Shown here: positions 27,832-40,576 of the stretch, piece after piece | Layout of the letters: each line of letters begins with the position of its first letter | How positions within the stretch are numbered: the first letter of the stretch is position 1 | Assembly (NCBI GenBank): GCA_964057225.1 | Contig: OZ059898.1 | Span: 13,578,001 to 13,642,000 of the forward strand | Length of the DNA: 64,000 nucleotides | DNA from: Auanema rhodensis | Taxonomy: Eukaryota; Animalia; Nematoda | Direction of reading: 5' to 3' | Made by a program: the position numbers and the translations under genes | The notes under the pieces: generated by a model | Told to the model about the DNA's origin: nothing | Databases searched by the model: none | Seen by the model: the letters and a program-made list of their open reading frames with translations, nothing else

Positions 27832-30800
27832 TTTTAATAAAAATTCGTTAAAAGAACAGTTGTTATCAACGGGTTATTCTAGCACTTTTTTACTCTTATT
27901 GTTACTTGTACATAATTTGTTATACATTCGTGAATGAATATTTTAAATGATGACGACTTTTGCTTATGTTTTTTTTTATTTTACCGCCAGCTTACTAAAT
28001 CTATGTCAAAAATACGATTCAAAAACAGCTACTGACGAGGCTTGATTGAAAACCATGGCAGTTCACGTATACATCGCCCACGTGGCTCAATTCTTATTTT
28101 AATTATTTATTTCGCTAAGAGCGGTCGTTTAACGTCTGTGCGCTGAACAAGGTGGAGGAAGAAGGAAGAAAATAAAGCGGTTCTTTGAGAATTTTAAGAA
28201 TATTTAGGTATGTAATGTACCACAAAATTAATAGATTTATTCATGACAAAGATATTTATTTTCTTAAGTTCTTAGTTTAGCCAAAATGGAAAATATTTCA
28301 AGCAATTTGTAACGCTACTGCATCAAAAGAAGGTATGTATTACAATTACTTAGCCTGTTATAAAATCATACGGGTGCCAAGTACTACAGCAATTATAGCT
28401 AACATGTTATATTTTATGAGAAATAATAATATGATAGATATTCAATTATATATAATACCTTCTTTTATTTTTTTCTATGCTCAATTTGAACAGGCACTCT
28501 AGAAGAACAGTGGCTTTTTGTATTTTTATTTTTGTGTTTTTCGCATGACCATCTAGATGCTCTTAAATTTGGGTACAGATATGATGTAATAAGTTTTAAA
28601 ATAATCTTCTTTTTCTTAAAGAATATAGCAACTAAACAATACTATAACGATTCTAATTCGTGCCATATGTGATTGTTTTTCTCGTTTCTCTTCAACGTAT
28701 CGATGAACTCTTCGCTGTTCTCTTCATTTCATTCTCAATTAAATTTGAGCATGTTTTCAAAAATATGAAGATTGCCATTCATGTAGGTTCAATTGAACGT
28801 TTTCGCAACATGCAAGCCCAAATCTTTACTCACTAACTGTTCTGTCTATGGAAGCGAATCTCTTGAGTGACTTGCAGCCAATTAAGTTTAAGAAAAAAGG
28901 CAGATCTCCCCGTATTTCAGTCTTATTTCATGATATGTAACAGTGCTACACCTCACACACGCATTCTGCATTAGTAAAGCCCAAATGTTATTATTTAGTG
29001 GTCTGTCCAGTTATTTTTGTGTATCTTCTTTATGCGAGACGTCCAGATGCATCTTCTCCTTTGCCTCATACACAGATCATATGGCCGTTGGCCTACTATT
29101 GGTTTCCGTTCATATGTCGTTCCTTTCTTAACTCGCCTCTTCATTGTTAGCACTCAATGTAGTTTGCAATATCAAGATAAAACGATATAGCACAGGGAAT
29201 AGAACCTGGAAGTTGAAAACAACAACATTCATTTTGAATTTTCATTTTTCTTCTCAATTCAAATGTTTTTTATTGGCCTTTAATCATTTTTATTTCAACG
29301 GTTGTTTTTACTTCTGAATATATTTTTATTTATTTATTTCGTTTTCATACCTAGATGGACGCATTCTTGCTCTCGCACACTGCTAAAACATTGCTTTCGT
29401 ACTTCTTGTGTTGAGTGAACATCATTACCTTTAAATTGTATTAGAATACTTGGCATCTATTCCAAAATAAGATAGAAAAAGTCGAATTTTTTATGATCAA
29501 ATTAGTTCTTAACGAAAAAAAAAACATTATTTTTCTCACTTCCTTTTTTTGTGAAACTTCATTGTGTGCCATGCAGCATAGAGAACAGCGGCGTTGACTT
29601 TTGAAGGAAATCCGCCTTACTCTATACATCAGTCAGTAATAGGGTGAATTCGCGGAACCAATTTCGCAGTTAGTTAACGTGAAATTTATTTGTTTTTATG
29701 TTTATTCTCTTAAATTCGCTAATAAAAATATCCTGGAATACTACGAAAACGCGTCTTGCTCACTTCGTTTGCCATCTTCTACCAGTTTGATGCCGTCTAG
29801 TTTTCATGCATTCAGACGATTAACTTATTCTTTTCTGGCGGAATCACTCAAAGATAATGCCAAATGCCGACAAAATAGGCACAAACAATACCCACATTTT
29901 AGCTTCTAACTTACTATTCGCCGTCTGAGACTATCTAATTATCAGAAACTTTTATCCATAACGTGCATTAACTGCATATCTAATGAGGAATGCTATAAGA
30001 TCTTGACCTGATATCGGCATGACTGATGAAGTCCAAAAGTCAGCGACCATCACGCCTTCTATATTTTGAGAAATTGGTCAATCTGATATTTGTGTCTTCT
30101 ATATATGGATAGTTGGATAACGTAGTATTCTCTTGAGGGAGATGATGATTCCAGGTCATGATGTTGTCTCTGCAAATCATGTTGTTATTCCATCTGCAGT
30201 TGCATTATCTGTCTTAATCATATAAGCCATAAGCAGCTTCATTTTTCATGCTTCGTCAATGATCATTAAATATGTTTTTTTGACTTCTATTTATCATGTT
30301 TAAGTTTGTTCTTATTCACATTTATTTAATTCACACCAAAACTTTGACATTTTTTCTATCAATTTGTCTTTTCTTTATCATCGGTTAGTGTTTCTCGATA
30401 GTTGCACGTTTAATTCACATTAATTTCATTTTTCAGTTGTGTTCATAACAAATTGTTTTCGCTCCTCCCTAAAATTTGTGCAAGTTTCATTTTCTATACT
30501 TTATTATCGTATATGTTATTATATTTAATATTGAAAAAAATTGAGATCCCAAGTAGGACTTAGTCGGCTATTTGCTTTTGAGTATTTCGATTACTCTAGA
30601 ATAAATAGCAAATATTCAGAGGTTTTTCCGTGTTTTAATTTTTTTGTTTAATTCTCAGGAATTGCTTCTTTAAGTAACTTCTCGGTTCTTTTTTTCTCAG
30701 CTTAAGTTGTTTTTTTGCCCAGTCTTTCATCACATTTTCAACAGCTTGTCCGTTTTTTGAACGATGCCCTTGTTGATATGCTCTATAATGAAATATTAAC

Positions 30801-33800
30801 GCCTAAGCGAACTTTACGCCATGGAGATGGTACAAACTTGAGTTACTCGATGTTTCCAATTTTTTCACTTAGGACTGAAAAGTGAGTCAACTCCTCAAAC
30901 TATGGAAACAACGAATAAACAGAGAAACATATAAGGATCAGTCGGATTTAAAATTGTCTCTTTTCTTCAATATTTCGACATGTAACAAATCTTCGTAACA
31001 GCTGTAAATAAATAACGCTCCTTTAAAGGTTTCTACTAATTTTATTTTTTTGTCTTGGCTTGATTTAGTTTGCTTTTTGATGAACAAAGCCATATTTCTA
31101 ACATATTAGACAAATTTACAGGGTTACTGTATTCAAATTTTTGATCCATCTATATTTAAACACCTTATTAAAGTTGTATTTTGTCTGTATTATGTGGTTG
31201 TCCATAGAGTGAGCACAAGTTAAGAGCAAATTGTTTCCTGCTTGTTTAGACGTACAATTATTTTTTCCTTCATTCTCCCTGGGATATGCATAATTCCTTT
31301 CCGGACTTACATTGTTTTACATGGTTAACTTTACAAATTCTATTTTGATTGTCTTCTATAAAAACTGTGTAAATAGTCAAATACATCCTTGTACATGAGT
31401 GTATGTATTACGTATTTTTTTGAACTTTCTCAAGTGAAAAGAATAAGAAGGGACTTATTTATGTACTTTAAAGGTTGATGGTTACCTTCTTCCTTGTAAT
31501 TCTCTATATAAGGTGGTTTTGCTTCCGGTATAGCCTGAGACGTTGTTTTGATTCTGTCATCTTCATCTCTACATGTATATCCACACTTATACACACATAT
31601 TCATACACAATTACACACACACACACATATCTAACTACACATTAACGATGTCCAGCTCATTTCTTTAATGACACTCATCATCAACATCTATACTTTCATC
31701 CGTGTATGTCCATGTTATAGTTTGTATAGTTTGTGTTATAACGGAACACACTTCTAATGGGTGTTTTCAATGTTGTTGTGAAGAAATCGCCATTTAACGT
31801 TCATAAGACATGCTTAATCAGAGAGTTGAAAAGTGTTACAGCGTTTGTGCTAGTTTCTCCTTTTCAGTCTGCGTGGGGGGCTGAGGCCTCCTTTTTCATT
31901 CCTTTCATCTCCTATTGTTTAAGCTTATATCCTATTTGTATGAAAAAACACTGCCAAATTTAGAATCCAAGCGGAACCTTGTGTATTGTGACTAATTTCT
32001 CCTTTTTTTCTCATTCATCAATCAACGTTGTGTTTACAGTTTATTCGTTATCTAATTTTGATCTATAATTATAGGCAAATGTATCAAATCCTTTCTTACT
32101 TTACTCAATTGCTCATTCAAATAACATAAGAACATAACCACTTCTCTTCCTTCTTGTCTGTTTACTGGTACACATCATCCACTTAATGAAAACTTTGTTT
32201 TTTTTGAAATAATAATATCCCTAAATGAATACTATCCTTAACTTGACCTCCCAATCGCTTCTTTGACGCCTTATTTGTTATGAAACTATCGTGATTGATT
32301 GCACCTAGTGCTTTCAGAAACCAAGAATCATTTGATCGTCTAAAAAAGCCCTTTCCCCCTCACATTCACTCAGTTACCGTGAACATCTTCAACATATTTT
32401 ATTTTACTACCTCGTTTTCAATTTCATATAAACTTTTGAGAGGGTGTTAAGTAGTTTGAAGATATTCTTATACTCAAGTTTCATTTTCATAAATATTTTG
32501 GAAAAGTTCACAACAGTCGGCTTGTCTTTGCTGTTATGTCATCGACTTAAAAATCTTTCCGTTTTTTGTCCAATATACCCGTATCTCTCTCTCTTCCTCT
32601 TTGCTTTTCTGTGGCAAGGTAGCTGACGTACTACTACTTCGGTGTGGTTCAGATGCCTATAAGGTTAACCAATAACAAAAACCATAGATGACGTTTAATC
32701 CAAGAGAAAATTTAAAGCTTGTTATTCCATTTTTTCATCTTTTATCGTTTAATATTGTCATCAAATTTCATTTAGATTCTTCTAGTATATTGTATCTAGT
32801 ATGTGCGTTCTGCAAACAACACCTAACACACTTTGCAATAGACATCAGATTTACTTTACAAAACGTTGACATCTGTGGTCTCATGTATGATCAAGCTTCT
32901 TCTGGCATTCTTCTCGAGTTGTCCTGAGTGTTGTCTTTCTCCTAGTTTTCTTTTTGCCGTTACTGACACTTTTTTGGTCGCCATTTGATGTGCCTTTTTT
33001 TTCGGTTTTCTCAATTCCTAAGTTTCGCGTTGCTTCTGAACTTTATCCCTCTTTCATTCGCTCTGCTCATTCTTCTCGACTTCTGATTCTCCTTCGTTCC
33101 TTCTCTCTCGAAATCTGCTGTTTTCTGGATATTTGTTTACACATTATTCGTGTTTACCTCAAGAGTTTCATGCTTTATTGTTGCTTTACATACCTTTAGC
33201 TCATAAGTGAGTTTTAAACACGAAGCTAAAGTGTAAATCGTCATGAAACACCGAAAGTATCCAATACTATTTGACGTTTTTTCCGGTTCAGAGGCATCGC
33301 TAGAGAGACATTTCAGATGCTAACCACTAGCATCCGAAGATCTCGCTCCATCTGTTCTTAAGCTTTTTCACTCCTGTTTTTAGCTTCTTGATTTGTGCCC
33401 TCGCTTAGAGATCCCGGATCTAATTCCATAAGCTGTTTTTCCAACTTTTCTCATCTTTATTGTTGTCCCCATTAAGAGCTGAAAACAGTGACTTTCATAC
33501 CTAGCAGATTCCCATGCATTTCCATATTTTATTTTAAAACTTGGGCGTCTTCTCCTCCCTCTCTCTTTATCGGTCGCTGTCTCTCTTGCTCACTTTTCTC
33601 TTTTAATTTTATCCTTCGAACCCGTCATCTTCTTTAACAACTAACCTACTAAGCTACCTTTGCTCTTCATTTGTTTTCTTCAGCTTTCCTAGCCTTTGAT
33701 TCATTTTAGCCAGTTCCACCTGATTTATGCATATGTTTTTTCTCATTGAACCCAAAGTTTGAAACATTATGCTCAGTCAGGAACGTTGACAACAATGTCA

Positions 33801-34852
33801 CCACGACATTTCTCATACTCCTCTGTTGTTGTCCTGATGTTTTCTTCTTAATTTCAGCTTATCACTCAAAACCTTCTCTTCAAGTTGCTGCCCGAAAATG
33901 ACTGAACTTATTGAGTGAAGCAACTAGCTCCTCTCTCCTAACATCATTCATTTTGATTATTCACGCTGGATGGATTCCAGATGAAAAACCCATGGTTGTT
34001 GCTCAGATCAAGCTACAAGCCAAAGCGTAGCATCAGTGAATTTTTCATTTTTGCTGCTGTGCTCGCATTCCAAAAATCTTTCTATTATGACTATTTTCAT
34101 TTTTTTTAATAATTCATAAGTAATGTTCGCAAAAAAAAAATTTTGGATTTGTCTGCATCTCATTAGTTTTTCCAAATTCTTCTTTGAAAGCCACAAGGAA
34201 CCACCTGTATTCATAATACCATTGGCACTTCTCTCTCTTCTTCAATCTTTCTCTCTTTCTCTTTGTATCTCTGTATATCTCTCTCTTTTCTCTCTCTCTC
34301 TCTTTCTCTTCCCTTCCCTCCAATTCATCGAGGTACAAAATAAATATTTTCTTTTTTTTTCGTTTTGATTTATTTTTTTGAAATATATTATTTTAATATT
34401 GAATACATATAATGAAATTTTGTAAACACATTATGTTCATCTGTATTCAAATCTCGTTTTCAAAGCCCAATCGACTCTCAATACATGTTTATTTGTAGGC
34501 TTTAGTCTGTTTGAAAAATAATTTATTTCTAATTAATTGTTTCTATATCCTTTTTTGGTCAAATTATGCTGTTTTATCATTAAATTTATTAGATTGTTAC
34601 AGTTGTCATCTTAATTTACCTGCAGCATGTTTCAGCATCCTGATATTCTGCCTCTTCCAAATTGTCTCGAATTCAAGTATTTATCATCCTGTTTCCGGGT
34701 TTCAAATCAGATATTAGATGTTTAATCCAATTTTTTTTGTTTTCTTCTCTGAAGATTCCACATACATCGAGTAATCCATATTCATACCAGCTTTCTCTGT
34801 TATTCCGAAGAAGAGAAGAAAATCATTTTTATAAGGACAACCTCTCCCCCTC

Positions 34853-34917
<65 letters not shown>
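34853..34917. repeat. (CT)n microsatellite
   Basis: ~30 CT units with one interruption. Confidence 0.95.
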
Positions 34918-34920
<3 letters not shown>

Positions 34921-35571
34921 TTTACATTTTTGGTTCTATTTTCGCTTTCAACGTCCACTTTCACCTTTGTTACATAGAACGGATTTTCTTTTAAATTTTT
35001 TTAAAAATCGTTTCCTGTAGCTCTCTTTATAACACCACTTGCCCCTGCCCTCTTAGTTGTCCTTTTCAGCTCTTGTTTTGTTCTTATTCGCTAACAATTC
35101 TTATGCTCATTATTTTTTTTCAATCTTCTTTCCATAATACCAGTGTTTCATGGCTCATCTTATTTTCTCCGAATCTCTTCTTCACATGTACATTCTCTCT
35201 CCTTCAACTTGTAATTCGACTATGAAGCATGAATCGGAAACAAACAAATTATAGGTTATATCATGCTTTCTAAGTGAACGTTCCTCCTTTCTCTTGTCTT
35301 TCTCTCTCCCTCTCTCTCCTTTTTTACGTTTTGTTCTTCACCTGGCTCCAACTATACAGATCATCCGTTGTCCACTTTCATAACCTATCACTTGTCTTTC
35401 ACTTATTTTAGTAAACTTTGAATTTTCAGACGAAATATCCAGAAGCTAATTCTTCCGACGTTTTTTTCGCCGAAATAATTTCTTCGTCAGGCTTCAATAG
35501 AGCCTAAACTTTGTCACTTATAGCTTCATCCACTTGATTTAAGATCTTCAAATTCAAACCATCATGACAAT

Positions 35572-38500
35572 ATGATGATATTGATCGTAAACCTCTTTTT
35601 GTAAGTTTCTATAATTTTTAAATTAAGTTTTATTTGTTTTTTAATCAAAAACAGCCCATTTATTCTATTTACAATAAAATTACTTTTCATTTCCTCTCAA
35701 AGTTCAAGAATACTTTAGCCAATCCTATTATTTATCAACAAGATATTTCCTTTAAAATAAATATTTTGAACATTTATCTTGATTATTCATGTTTTTTTAT
35801 TACAAATAAAGAGAAATATGAACAATATCATGTACTTCAAACGTTCAATATAACTTACAAACATATGTTTTTTTGAATATTTAATCTGATTCACCAACAT
35901 TCAACTTCAAATTTAATATGAAACTTGACACATTATCGATCATATTCACTTTTAATAATTATTTGAATTTAGATTTCAATTCATACAAATTAGCTTTTCA
36001 ATTTCGAAAATTGATACTCTGATCAATAATCTATCGAAAAAACCGCCAACTGATAATGGCAGTCAACCTTTGGATGTTCGATTGGGCATGTATCTGGAAA
36101 GTCTGGGAAACTTTCGATCGACAGAGATGGTAATTTGAACTTGAAGAAGAGTACGATCTTATTTAACATCATCTTCATTTTAGTCATTCGATGTTGATTT
36201 GTATGTTTACATGTCTTGGAAGGATCCTCGGTTAGCTCATAACCACACGGATTATGTTCTTGTTAGTGATGATGAGATCAGAAAGCAATTATGGTAAGTC
36301 CATCCAAATATCTTTTGTTGAAAATGGATAATGAAAGTTATTTAAATATCTGAAGAGAAAACGGACAGAAAACACAGAGAGAAAGAAAAAGAGAGAGATA
36401 AAAAGAAGGTCGAAGCATTCCGGATATTCAGGAAAATCCTTAAAAACAAGAAGAAAATATAATTCTGTTCTTTCATACGAATAGCCTGTGTATTCTTTAT
36501 TCTATCCTCATTATCCTATTCGTTAGAACTAATTTTTGGAGAAAAAACTTTTTTTTTTAGAAAATTGAATAAATTATAGCTTCGAACAGACACAAATATT
36601 CGATTAGATGTAATACGTATAGCTAACTTATGGCTTTTCAGGCTACCTGATTTATACTTTGCCAATGCCCGTGAAGCTCATTTTCAAGAAGTTACTGTAC
36701 CTAACTTCAGCATGTTCATATCTCCAGATGGAACTGTAGCATATTCTCTTCGATGTACATTGACCGTCGCTTGCAGCTTAGATCTTCGGTTTGTTATTGA
36801 ATTCTAAATCGTTGAGCTGAGGAGACAAACAATTCTTTTTGCAAGTTTTATCAAGCTGATTTTTTCAGGTTTTATCCAATGGATTTACAAGTATGCTCCA
36901 TACGTGTACTAAGCTGTAAGCTTTAAACTCATGAACTTATTCTTTATTCCGTTTTGTAATTCAGATGCATACGTAGCTCGACAGATGAATGTAAGTTGGT
37001 TCAGCAGTAATCCAATACGTCACAATCCGGAAATTGGATTGCCGGAATTCGTGATAACAGACGTCGCCAAAGGCTACTGTAATGGTACTTATCGATATGC
37101 TCTGATGCCTGGATCTTACAAGATTGGTCAGTAAAGCAGATCTTCAACTTTATTTTAACTTTATGATTAATGTTTCAGATGAATTCAGTTGTTTGGCTGG
37201 AAAAATGTATTTATCTAGATCAATTGGATATAATTTGGTTCAATCTTATATACCCACAGGATTAATTGTTATGATTTCTTGGGTTTCGTTTTGGATTGAT
37301 CGAAGAGGTTAAAATTTATTTAAAAAACTTCTTTATAAATTTATAAATTTCAGCTGTTCCCGCTCGAGTTACTTTAAGTTTCACAACTTTGGTGTCTTTA
37401 ACAACTTTGGTATGTTGCTGTAATTATTTAAAAATATTGTTTTCTTCTTCAATATTTTGTTGATGAAAAAACATTTTTTTCAGGGTAATGGCCTTCGTTT
37501 TGGGTTGCCTCAAGTCAGTTATGCAAAAGCCATAGATCTTTGGTATGGAGGTAATGATCTAAACATCAAAAAAAATTTAAAAAATAAAATTTCTTGCAGT
37601 TTGTATGTTATTTGTTTTCTGTGCTCTACTGGAATTCGCTATTATCAATAGTTATATGAGAAAATCGGAGAAGTTCGATCAAATCGCAAAGCGAGCTCAG
37701 AGCATCTTACAGGGCAGGAGAAGTACTTTAACACTTAATTATCAAAAATTAATTTTAAATTATGTTAAAGGTAGAGCAAGTCGGATAGATGTTCCTGAAC
37801 TGGATGCAGCCCAACTTGATGAAATTATGGAAGAGAAAAAAAGCAATGGATTTAACTTTATTGATGAAACAGCTAGAGATGACATCACTCCGTCTAGTTA
37901 TAAATGTTCGTTTTTTGCTTTAATTAGTTTTCGAAAACTTATTTATCTCAGTGTATTTATTGAATTATTTATCAATTGTGTTATCTTCTTTAAAAAAATA
38001 AAATTAAAAACATTTAGTGTTGAAAAGGAATAAAATCAAATCGTCTCCTCGGTTTCCTGAACATCTTCGGACTGAATTCAAGCTCAGCACATTTGTGAAG
38101 AATGGCGATATTCGAGTGACTGATACAGGTTTTTAACTAAATAGCTTCTATAAGAACATCTTCATTGACACGGAAACTCTTTATAGTAATGCGAGAATCC
38201 ATTGATTCAGCTCCACGTTCCTTATATGACAATGTATCGCCGTCATGGAGAGATTTGAAAAAATCTTTGTTAGCTGATGACTCTAGTAAAGAATCAGGTT
38301 TCTATACAAAGTATATGAATGCATAGTTATATTGAATACTATTTTCAGATGACGATCCTTGGGAAATGATGCCAAAAAGCCGGCCGTCTGTTGCTTATGG
38401 CCTTGAGAGCGACAATCGAAAATTTTCTATTGATCCAGCTGCTGCTCAAAATTATGCACAGGTATATATGCTGACTATATTTTTTCTTGACATAGCTCAC

Positions 38501-39247
38501 CAACTTCCTTACTTATATAAGATGCCCCAAAATGAATTAGATGCAGAAAAAACAACCGCATTAGCGCTGAAACGGATACAAAATGAATTTTGAGCAAGCT
38601 GCCCACCCACACTACCAGCACTACTCCGTTGAACACTCAATAAGACTTCAAAACGCGGCACATTTGAACATGACATGAGCATTGACTCAGAAACTTCATT
38701 TTTGCAAAAAAACCTGTAATCACATAACTATCAGTAATTTCAAAAGTATGATGTAGTTGTATAGCTAGAATATAGTCAGTAACTGCTATAGTTATGTGAG
38801 TACTTTATGAGTACAAAAACAGAAGAATTAATTGAAAAAAGCAAAAATATTATTTAAAAAATTATATTAATTATGTGCATAATCAGAATATATATATTTA
38901 TATAATAGTATATATGGAATAGAAATATAATATACTATATGTATATAAAGACTAATATACAAGACAATGATAAAAACGATTTTTAAATAGAATTTTCTTT
39001 TCTTTCCACCCCCACCCCGCCAAAAAAAAAATAAATACTATAGGCTTTTACTATATTTCTTCAATTTCAATTCAATTTTCAAATTTTTCAGATCTCTAAA
39101 TCTTGCTCAAGATATGCATTGCGCATTGATAAGATGTGTCGTTATGGTTTTCCTTTAGTTTTTCTTGGTTGGAATATATGGTACTGGTGGTATTATCTTG
39201 TCTATAATCGATCATTTTGTCCAGATAATGCATGTGACCGTTATTAA
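35572..39247 (+). CDS. Cys-loop ligand-gated anion channel subunit (resembles nematode LGC-34; orthology not verified)
   Basis: Signal [34 protein letters not shown], Cys-loop [16 protein letters not shown]1 [18 protein letters not shown], anion-selective AVPARVTL in M2, M4 [21 protein letters not shown]; stop TAA 39245-39247. Confidence 0.93.
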
Positions 39248-40576
39248 GCTAATGTTTCTATACATTTCATAGGTTTCTAAATAATTTTATATAATTCATA
39301 TTATATTATATATATATATATATCGTATAGTACATATGATATACATATTTATGTTTTTTTTTGTTTGTTTGGAGCAGGAGGTGAATGAGAGTTTCTCTTT
39401 CTTTTTATTTTAACTTTACAACAATAATAATAACAACAACTTAATAACATTTCATTTTCATGTTACATGTTTCATGATATCATACTACTTGTGTTTGTTG
39501 TTATTTTTGCTCAGAACTTGAATCTCATAAACTCTTCATACCTGTCTTCCTCCTTCTCCTACTCCTTCTCCTTCTCCATTTCATAAGTATACTATCCTCT
39601 TTATACTTTTCACTCATTCATACCTTGCCTTACTCCCATTCCCCTCTCACTCCCCAAGTGTTTCTTTCTCTCATCATATTTTATTTTTGTTCAGAAAACC
39701 ACCTAAAATCAGGAACATTTCTCTTCTCAAAATATAAATATCAAATTAAATTTTAACTAAAACATAAATTACTAAGTCTAATTAAAAAAATATTTATATT
39801 TACACATTTCACATGCTCTAACCTTTTTTGAGAGAAACATTTCAATAAACAAAATGTTTTTTTTTGAAGATCTTATCTCAAATCCATTTTTAACATAATT
39901 TTCTTTTTACTTTTGTATAATTTCGAAGATCGGAAATTATGATTTGAAAAGATTTTCGATTAAAAATATTCTTAATTCATGAGAGGCTACGGACGAGAAG
40001 AAGGAGGATGGGAGCTCGATTTCGTGGTAAGAAATGAAAAAGAGAGAGAGAGAGATGTTGCATCTCCCCTTCTCTCATCTCTTACTGTAAACCCTGAGTC
40101 ATTTTTTCTGGTCTTCTTATGAATAATTCGGTTTTTTTATTTGAAATATCCTGCTTGATCTCTGATGTTTGTGATTGGTTTTAATATAATGGGTGAAACG
40201 TTGAACACAGCGAAATAGAACAATTTTAGGAAAAACTCTTTTTTTTTCTTTTTTTTTCTCTCTTCTTTTTTTTGAAAAGCTTGTTCATTCAAAGAAAAAC
40301 GTCATAACTAAATAAAGAAATTTTTATTATATTATCAATGTATTTCATTCATAAAATCACAAGAAAAATATGAAATGAGAATATAAACAATGTATTTGTT
40401 GTTCTAAAATTTTTCAAAAAAATAAAAATAAATATACACGTAATTGAAATGATTATGATCGTTATGATGTTCTTTCAATATACATAATATTAGTAATAGT
40501 TAATTTATAATATTATTATTAATTATTATTATCAATTATTATTTCCATATGTACATATATTTAGATTCGATTTCAT

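Noticed and set aside
30040-30180. 46-aa minus-strand ORF MICRDNIMTW...
   Set aside because: No recognisable motif or splice context; within chance length.
34114-34994. ORFs with SLSLSL/ERERER runs (also 47357-47773, 57372-57572, 61821-62783)
   Set aside because: They are translations of (CT/AG)n microsatellites, not proteins.
38522-38719. Two in-frame TGA codons suggesting selenocysteine or readthrough
   Set aside because: No SECIS is seen, the frame ends in TAA before M4, and direct splicing to the final exon explains the gene.
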